DNA of 64,000 nt from Escherichia phage vB_EcoP_EP32B, in the sequence record OR544955. One strand, given 5' to 3'. The notes beneath the pieces are model-generated. The model saw nothing but the letters and a program-made list of their open reading frames with translations, ran no database searches and was not told where the DNA came from. A program made the position numbers and the translations under genes. Positions 57,409 to 64,000 of the stretch are shown in pieces. Within the stretch, counting starts at the first letter, position 1. Every line of letters begins with the position of its first letter.

Positions 57409-58992
57409 ATGCTAAACGAACGATATAGTTAAAAGCAACGTTTTTAACTGTGTTTTCTGTATTTCCTGTGGCATTTACAGTTATTGTATGTCCATGGGAA
57501 CCAATTGCAACAGTATGAGAATGAGCACCAATACCTACCGAATGGGTATGAGCGCCAATACCCACAGTATGAGCATGGTTACCCGTGGTACTTGTGGTTC
57601 CTGACCAAGAGTGTGTATGGTTACCTTCTGAAGAAGTTTTGGCTATATTCGACCCTGCAGTAGCACCGTTCACGGTTCCAGTGAATTTAGAGCACTATGG
57701 TTATGAGACTTAATACCATCTGCTTCTGTACTTAATACAGCACGCCCAGATGGTTTACCTTTAATCGTTTGCCCACGCATATCAGGCAGAGAGCCGGAAG
57801 GATACACCGCAGCTAACTTAGGATACAAGCCAGCATCAAATGTTTGACCTTCCATTATGGCATAACCTTCAGGAGGTGTATCAGTAGGCCATGGAATCGG
57901 AGCACCAATTGGGTAACTCGACACAATATCCGTCTTAAGGTTATTTATTGTGGTATTCAAGTTAGCAAAATTACCAGAACCGCCGGTGATATTACCATCA
58001 GTACCAATAATTGTCCTAATTGCATACGGTAATTAGGAGAAATGCGACTATGACTAGTTATAACAACAAGTTTATTATCATTATCAACGGTCACCATATT
58101 ACCGCCAGCACCATCATCACCTAACGTAACAGAATGGCGCATTTGAACCATACCGTTAATAGTGGTTCATTTTACCACCAGCATTGTACCCGATATGGGT
58201 TTGTCCGTCTCCAGCATTGTTATTATCAGCTTGTGTTTGAACCCTTGGTCTTCTGAACGTCCAAATATACCTTTACGAGTACTACGGAAACTGTCAGGAG
58301 TAATAGAAGCAACAGAATTCCAATTACCTACTAAATCATAAACTCCTTGCTTAATATATTTTAAGCCAGTAGCAGCATCCCCCAAAGCAATATATCTTTC
58401 TCCCATTGGAGTAGGAGAGCCGTAGTTATTGGTATTTTCGTCAGCAGTAATTGTGCCAATAGCAAGTGAACGACGTAATACCATTGCTCCATCATTACGA
58501 AGACCCATTAATTTAGTAGTAAGTATATTTCCGGTCCACCAAGAAATTTCATCATTCTTACCAGTTTGAGCTGAAGCGATTTCATGGTAAATAGTTCCGC
58601 CTGATTTAGCTCGAACTTTACGAAGATAGTTTATACCATTTTCTTCACCTGTTCCAGGATAAACATATTGAACTAATGACTGCGAATCGTATTGTCCAAA
58701 TGCTTTTGTGTCCAAAACAATGGTTTTCGTATTAACTTGCGGAGCAGAAACTATACCATTAGCGGAGTTAATATTGCCGGACGCAGAAATATTACCTGCG
58801 TTGAGTTACATTACCGTTAATATCCCCGCCCTTAGCAAAGCCTAGGCTAATAATATTACCGAGGTCATCTTTAGTAAAAAGAGTTCGATCTTTTAAGTTT
58901 ATCGCTAATTCGCCTTCGGCTAATTGTGCTGCAGTAGGATTAACTCCTGCTACTTTGCTTCTTTTAAATTGTATCTGTTTTAATGTAGCCAT
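57407..58992 (-). pseudogene. 37: distal tail fiber gene 37 (T4 type), reading frame broken into at least five segments
   Basis: N-term [13 protein letters not shown]; internal [23 protein letters not shown]; His-box C-term [22 protein letters not shown]; frame changes near 58790, 58235, 58155, 57670. Confidence 0.8.
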
Positions 58993-59000
58993 AAGTCCTC

Positions 59001-59666
59001 TTAATAATAGCCGAAATCTTGAACAGAATCTTTAATTACAATCTGGTCGAAACGAGGAACATGATTAGCCTCAGACGCCGGATTCTGTGAGAAAAAGTTT
59101 GGTGCTGTTAAAGTACCAGTCATGGTATCGCCTTTACGCAATACACGGGAATTTGCGTTATCCGTAACAATATTTATTCGTCCATCAACATAATCTTTTC
59201 TTGTGAGATCATTTGCTGCTATAGGAGCAGCCGCATCACTTCTTACTTGACCAGCTGCCGACACAACGCCTTTTGTATTAATATCACCATTACGTGTATT
59301 AATTACTACAGTTCTACCCGCTGTTCCTTGTGATGATTTAAAACCAATACCATACCACGAAACAATATCAATATTTGCTGTAACAAAAGTAGCTGCATCT
59401 CCATTACCAGGATAAATACCAGATTGATTTGTATTGTTTATAGCATATGGTATTTGAACACCGCCGTTAAATGTTACCTTTGAAGCATAAGTACCACCAT
59501 TAGCTTTAGAAACGAAATCGTTATCAGCAGCTTGTGGTTTATTATATTCTGAATAGAGTTTAAACGTTTTATACAGGACGTCATCACCTGCTGGCATTAA
59601 AGGGAAATTACCTTGATGCCATATAACAGCACCGCCAGTTGTACTACCAGCTTTTAAATCGGCCAT
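59001..59666 (-). CDS. 36: tail fiber protein gp36
   Basis: 221 aa; [38 protein letters not shown]. Confidence 0.92.
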   Translation of the reverse strand: MADLKAGSTTGGAVIWHQGNFPLMPAGDDVLYKTFKLYSEYNKPQAADNDFVSKANGGTYASKVTFNGGVQIPYAINNTNQSGIYPGNGDAATFVTANIDIVSWYGIGFKSSQGTAGRTVVINTRNGDINTKGVVSAAGQVRSDAAAPIAANDLTRKDYVDGRINIVTDNANSRVLRKGDTMTGTLTAPNFFSQNPASEANHVPRFDQIVIKDSVQDFGYY

Positions 59667-59690
59667 AGTTGTCTCCTTATATGTATACCA

Positions 59691-59698
59691 TATTTATA
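59691..59698 (-). promoter_or_regulatory. late promoter TATAAATA upstream of gene 36
   Basis: + strand TATTTATA, 24 nt upstream of gp36 ATG. Confidence 0.7.
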
Positions 59699-59705
59699 CA
59701 AAAAT

Positions 59706-59723
59706 GGGAGCCCGAAGGCTCCC
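59706..59723 (-). terminator. UUCG-tetraloop hairpin after gene 35
   Basis: GGGAGCC TTCG GGCTCCC on - strand. Confidence 0.6.
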
Positions 59724-59728
59724 TAAAT

Positions 59729-60856
59729 TTATTCTGATGCTTCTTTAAATTCTTGTCCAAATACCTTACCAGTATCAGTTGAAGATTGAGTAGGTAATGT
59801 CATTATGTCTGGAGCACTTAAAGATTCTGAAACATAATTTACACGAATACCATTTATACCAAACTCCGCAGGTTTTGAAACGCTTCCATTACATGATACT
59901 TCAGTGAATATAACGTTTCTTAATCCACCTTGCCCGACTGGAGCCGTACGATAACAATAAATCGTGAACCCGTCAGCACCAGCAGGAATTTCTATGTAGT
60001 CTTCATATATCTTCCATTCACCTGCACCCCCGTCAAAGTTTATATCCTTAAATGAAATAGGTGAAGTAGAAGGAGATTTAAAGAAACGAATAGAAAGTCG
60101 TGTCGTCCCTTGTGCTAACAAATCAGCATCGGCCATTAGTTGGAATTTCATATAAAGGAAATCTCCAGGCTTCAATTTATACCCAGCGAGAGGTGTAATA
60201 ATGGATGTTGTAGGCATCCTTTTAATTTCATTATTAGTACCTCCAATGGCAGATAAAAATGTGTCTGTCGATTCGTACGTACGTCTAGGGAAGCCGGTAG
60301 CACCAATATCATCGATCGTGTCGTACACAACATCAAGTGGTGTACTATAGTCGGTTGAAGTTTTCTTATTACTATACTTAATATGTTCTAGTGCTATAGC
60401 ATTCTTACCAGAAATATAAAATGCAGAATAAGAAATGTCCACTATATTTAAAACTTGTTGAGCTAATGGAATAGCAGAACTCCCAGCTTTAGTAAACCAT
60501 GCAAGAACTTCTGGTGGAAAGTTTGTTTTAGCGTTAGTAACAAGAGCAAATATAAAATTTGAAGCATATGTGTCCATGAAAGTAACAAATGCACTTGACG
60601 TGGCGTCGTTTTCAGTAGAGAAATTATATGTCTTAGATTCAACTACTGTACCTGTTGTAGGATTTATTACACGAACGTTTAATCCAACGGAAAAAACCTG
60701 AGACCCAAGTGGATTATCCTGGAACTTAATATAAGCAGGAGATGTTGATAGCGGGCAAGAGCCCGCTATGCTTAATTTAAATCGTACTGAATTGCTTTCC
60801 GATAAAAATGGCGTTTGGACGTATCCTTGTCCAAACTTAGCCATAAATTTTTCCAT
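59729..60856 (-). CDS. 35: tail fiber hinge protein gp35
   Basis: 375 aa; MEKFMAKFGQGYVQTPFLSESNSVR. Confidence 0.92.
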   Translation of the reverse strand: MEKFMAKFGQGYVQTPFLSESNSVRFKLSIAGSCPLSTSPAYIKFQDNPLGSQVFSVGLNVRVINPTTGTVVESKTYNFSTENDATSSAFVTFMDTYASNFIFALVTNAKTNFPPEVLAWFTKAGSSAIPLAQQVLNIVDISYSAFYISGKNAIALEHIKYSNKKTSTDYSTPLDVVYDTIDDIGATGFPRRTYESTDTFLSAIGGTNNEIKRMPTTSIITPLAGYKLKPGDFLYMKFQLMADADLLAQGTTRLSIRFFKSPSTSPISFKDINFDGGAGEWKIYEDYIEIPAGADGFTIYCYRTAPVGQGGLRNVIFTEVSCNGSVSKPAEFGINGIRVNYVSESLSAPDIMTLPTQSSTDTGKVFGQEFKEASE

Positions 60857-60864
60857 AATACCTC

Positions 60865-63800
60865 TTATTCAATCCACTCGAATTTAACAGATTTATTCAC
60901 AGGGTCTGGAATAATGCGGACATTACCAATCCTTAAGAAATCCCTTATTGTCAAGTTTCCGATTGTTGCATTATCAGAAGGTAAAGCACCAATATCAGAA
61001 GGTTGAGGAGGGTTTCCACCATCAAATACCTGAACAAAACTTGACCAAGAATTTTTAGTTTTCTGCCATGTACGAGTCCAACGGGTTGTACGTGCTTCTG
61101 GAGTTGTTGGATAAGTAATCCAATCTTGGTAAAGTGAATCAAGTGTGTTACCAAACTGAGTCAAAGTACCAGGAGATTTAACTTCTTCACCACGTTCTAA
61201 GTATGGAAGTCCAGACACTTCATTAGTTTTTTCAACCATTTTAAAATAACCCGGGAATTGGTTATAAGTGGCTGAATCGTTAATATCAATTGACCAGAAT
61301 CCTACATTATCAGATGTTGGCGCACGGGTATATAAATCGGATGTTTTAGTACCCTGAGAACGAATTCTCGAGTTAACAGTCAAACCGCCAGAATTTATAG
61401 TAGCACCATTGGCAATGATTAAGCCTTCACCAATTGTAATCTGACCGGATTGGTTATTAATTGATAATGGACGTAATCCATTAAATCCGCCAGTCTGATC
61501 ACCGGATGCGGTGATCATAAAATATGTGCTGCCGCCATCATTGCGAATAAAGAATCCATAATCACCACTAATTGCTCTAAATGCATTTGCAGACTTGCTA
61601 ATGAATTCGCCATTGGCTGTAACTGAACGACCAAATGTTGCAACGCCATTCGCATTTAACGTGCCTGAAGCGTTAACATTTATTGGCATCACAGTACCAT
61701 TAATGCTAAACGTTATATTCCCAGCTTTATTACGTTGAGAATAAAAGTGATTAGATGTTTCATCGCCAACTTCAAATACAGTAGAACGTGTTGTATCTGA
61801 ACCACCACCAAATTCATTTCCCCAAACTCTGATAGTTATCGTTTGAGCAGGATTTGTTCCAGTTTGAGGTCCTTTTTCAAAAATCAGACGAGTTGCTGTT
61901 CCAGTATTAGAAATAGTTAATGTACTATTTGCCGAAACTGAACCACCAAACGTAGCAGTACTAGATGATACAAGAGGGGCACTCAGATTCGTTTGCTGGG
62001 TTAAGGTTAGTGAACCATTAACCGTCTGTGCAATGTCCCTACGAATGAACTGAGATGAATCTAGGCCATCTAATAAATTACTATCTATGGCTTTTGCTTT
62101 TAATGGTAAATAGTTAGCAAGTACACGGTTTAATTCATATGGTGATATAGCATAGCTATTTTTTTCATATGATTCTAAAGGTTGTGTTGAACCAACTGTA
62201 TCATTACCAACAAATGTAATAGAACCGGATGAAGTTTTAACGAATCCGCGAATTGCCGTAGTAGCAGCCCATGTTGGTTCGTTCTGGACAATCCATTTTA
62301 AATTCTTAGGCGATACAGCAGTATTAGCAGAAGTTCCTGTTACAGTTTCAGCCCGAGTAGCAACCTTAATTACACCTTCAGACGTTTCAGTGGACTTAGT
62401 CCCTAAAAGCTTTTTAGGAGTAATAAGAACATCATCTAAAGTTCCTGCATTAGATTCTGCCTGAGTCGCTACGCGAAGTGTACCACGTTGTGTTTCATTT
62501 GCTTTAGAAATATCAAGAGTATAATGGTTCCACAAGGTTCCTTCTTCAATAAGTCCGGAATCAGAATTAACACTGGTACGGTCAGAAGAATCAAAATGAG
62601 TTTTAATTTTCAGTGGAGTCGAGATACGAGTATCATCAGTTCCAGTATCAAATTCAACTTGCGTAGCAATTTCGGCTATGCCGGATAATCCTTCCGTAGC
62701 TTTCCTATCATTTAACGTCTTAGGCGTTACTGCACGTGTATAATCAGTCCCAGCATTAGTTTCTACTTGCGTAGCAATTTCAATTAAACCAATACGTCCA
62801 TCAGTAGAAGTTTTCTTATGTAGTGTTTCAGGAGTTACTACAGCGTGAGAATAACCTGCTTGAGATTGTCCAGCAATTACTTCACTATCAACAGCTAAAA
62901 TTACTGCACCTTGTTGAGCATAAGTTGCTTTATATTGGTCAAGGGCTTTAGGAGAAATAGTTAAATTATTTACGGTTTTATTATAAACGTTAGTGCCTGC
63001 GGCCCCACGAGTTTCAGCAGGAGTAGCAGAAGTAGTTGATACATATTTAACTATACCAGATAGTGTTTCAGAACCCTGACGTGCCTGCAATTTCTTAGGT
63101 GTAATAATCGTTGTGTCATCAAGACCAGCATCGGTTTCAGCCTGAGTAGCAATTTCAGCAAGACCACGACGAGTTTCAGTTGCTGTACGCTCATTTAGTT
63201 TTTTAGGCGTAACAATAGTATCGTCAACGAATGTTGCTGTGGAATTCTGATTAACTTGTGCTGTTGTAGCAATTTTAGCGATACCACGTCGAGCTTCGGT
63301 TGCTGTACGATTTGCCAACGTTTCAGGAGTAATAGCCACTTCTTTAGCTGGAGTATTCTCTAAATCAACATTTGCTTGCGCTTGAGTAGCAAGAGCAATA
63401 ACACCTAAACGAGCTCGTGTAGCATCAGTTCCAGCATCAACACGTTCTACCGTAGGGACATTCTGTTGCACAACCCAATAATGAGTGTCGGAATCGGTGT
63501 CTTCAATATATGCTAATTCTAATACAGGAACATATGAAGTAGTGCCATTGAATTCTAGTTCAGTAACAGAGACCCATTGAGCATCAGGTGGATATTCAGA
63601 ACGTTTAGGGAACTGAAGCAATGCAACAGAAGAAGCAATTGTATCACCTTCGGCAGCTTTAATTTTTACTGTTTGGCCTTTACGCATGTAGTTCATTGAA
63701 ATTTTAACAGTGTCACCACTCAAAATTCCTGTAGGCAGCGTAAGATTAATAGTTCCGGTTGTAGCGTTATTTGTGCCAAAAATAAGAACTTCTTCATTTG

Positions 63801-64000
63801 GACGAATATTTGAATCCGCACGGATAATACGAAGACGTGATTTCTGATCGCCTTCCCATATACGCCATAAACTATTTGAAGCATCAAAAACAAAAAACGC
63901 GTCAGAGTCATTTCTGCCTTCGGCAATATGAGTCCCGACTTCACCAATAGACGTTGTATCATCAAATGTTTTAACAATTGTATGATACAGTGGGTTTAAT
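60865..64000 (-). CDS. 34: proximal long tail fiber protein gp34, 5-prime partial (runs off window end)
   Basis: frame open from 60865 to 64000; ..RIIRADSNIRPNEEVLIFGTNNATTGTINLTLPTGILSGDTVKISMNYMRKGQ.. to ..VKFEWIE. Confidence 0.95.
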   Translation of the reverse strand, partial: LNPLYHTIVKTFDDTTSIGEVGTHIAEGRNDSDAFFVFDASNSLWRIWEGDQKSRLRIIRADSNIRPNEEVLIFGTNNATTGTINLTLPTGILSGDTVKISMNYMRKGQTVKIKAAEGDTIASSVALLQFPKRSEYPPDAQWVSVTELEFNGTTSYVPVLELAYIEDTDSDTHYWVVQQNVPTVERVDAGTDATRARLGVIALATQAQANVDLENTPAKEVAITPETLANRTATEARRGIAKIATTAQVNQNSTATFVDDTIVTPKKLNERTATETRRGLAEIATQAETDAGLDDTTIITPKKLQARQGSETLSGIVKYVSTTSATPAETRGAAGTNVYNKTVNNLTISPKALDQYKATYAQQGAVILAVDSEVIAGQSQAGYSHAVVTPETLHKKTSTDGRIGLIEIATQVETNAGTDYTRAVTPKTLNDRKATEGLSGIAEIATQVEFDTGTDDTRISTPLKIKTHFDSSDRTSVNSDSGLIEEGTLWNHYTLDISKANETQRGTLRVATQAESNAGTLDDVLITPKKLLGTKSTETSEGVIKVATRAETVTGTSANTAVSPKNLKWIVQNEPTWAATTAIRGFVKTSSGSITFVGNDTVGSTQPLESYEKNSYAISPYELNRVLANYLPLKAKAIDSNLLDGLDSSQFIRRDIAQTVNGSLTLTQQTNLSAPLVSSSTATFGGSVSANSTLTISNTGTATRLIFEKGPQTGTNPAQTITIRVWGNEFGGGSDTTRSTVFEVGDETSNHFYSQRNKAGNITFSINGTVMPINVNASGTLNANGVATFGRSVTANGEFISKSANAFRAISGDYGFFIRNDGGSTYFMITASGDQTGGFNGLRPLSINNQSGQITIGEGLIIANGATINSGGLTVNSRIRSQGTKTSDLYTRAPTSDNVGFWSIDINDSATYNQFPGYFKMVEKTNEVSGLPYLERGEEVKSPGTLTQFGNTLDSLYQDWITYPTTPEARTTRWTRTWQKTKNSWSSFVQVFDGGNPPQPSDIGALPSDNATIGNLTIRDFLRIGNVRIIPDPVNKSVKFEWIE

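Noticed and set aside
57957-58151. ORF-track 64-aa ORF on the - strand
   Set aside because: Overlapping-frame fragment within the disrupted gene 37 region; its N-terminal part is gp37-like and its tail is out-of-frame read-through, not an independent gene.
63720-63977. ORF-track 85-aa ORF on the - strand
   Set aside because: It is an alternative frame inside gene 34; the real gp34 frame runs continuously through this region to the window end.
1-64000. CRISPR array, integrase, transposase or other mobile-element signature
   Set aside because: No spaced direct repeats and no recombinase-like ORFs; repeated elements are promoters and hairpins.
1-64000. tRNA or other structured RNA genes
   Set aside because: No cloverleaf-like segments recognised by eye in intergenic regions; a tRNA scan would be needed to exclude them.

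Overview
This window reads as a T4-like (Tevenvirinae) myovirus genome segment, most similar in protein sequence and residue numbering to the RB69-type lineage. From 1 to 56154 the + strand carries a dense early/middle gene block with recognisable homologs in T4 order: nrdC, endonuclease VII (49), nrdD, nrdG, nrdH, 55, 47, 46, 45.2, rpbA, 45, 44, 62, regA, 43, uvsX, 40, 41, sp, 61, a 56-like gene, soc, modB/modA-like ADP-ribosyltransferases, dda, dexA, 39 (fused 39+60), rIIA, rIIB, ndd, 52, motA and asiA. From 56155 to the window end the - strand carries late genes: holin t, 38, 37, 36, 35 and a 5-prime-partial 34. Regulatory signals are T4-typical: GTTTAC/TATAAT early promoters, MotA-box middle promoters, TATAAATA late promoters, and C(UUCG)G tetraloop hairpin terminators. 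The most interesting region is 19100-25489, between gene 43 and uvsX, where T4 has imm/42/beta-gt. Here there is instead a sugar-nucleotide and modified-pyrimidine module: a KdsD-like SIS isomerase, a fused nucleotidyltransferase-kinase, a HAD phosphatase, a TS-family hydroxymethylase, a P-loop kinase and two unknown proteins. No alpha-gt or beta-gt homolog is present, and a GT-B glycosyltransferase lies next to rIIA; together this points to an arabinosyl-hmC-type DNA hypermodification system. A second notable observation is that many otherwise conserved genes (46, 37, the SIS isomerase, the glycosyltransferase, a modA-like gene and others) are interrupted by frameshifts or short internal gaps, and gp43 and soc look internally shortened. 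This is unexpected for a viable phage and should be checked against raw reads or a reference. No tRNA, rRNA, CRISPR array, integrase or transposase was recognised. All homolog comparisons are from memory of T4/RB69 proteins; no database search was run.
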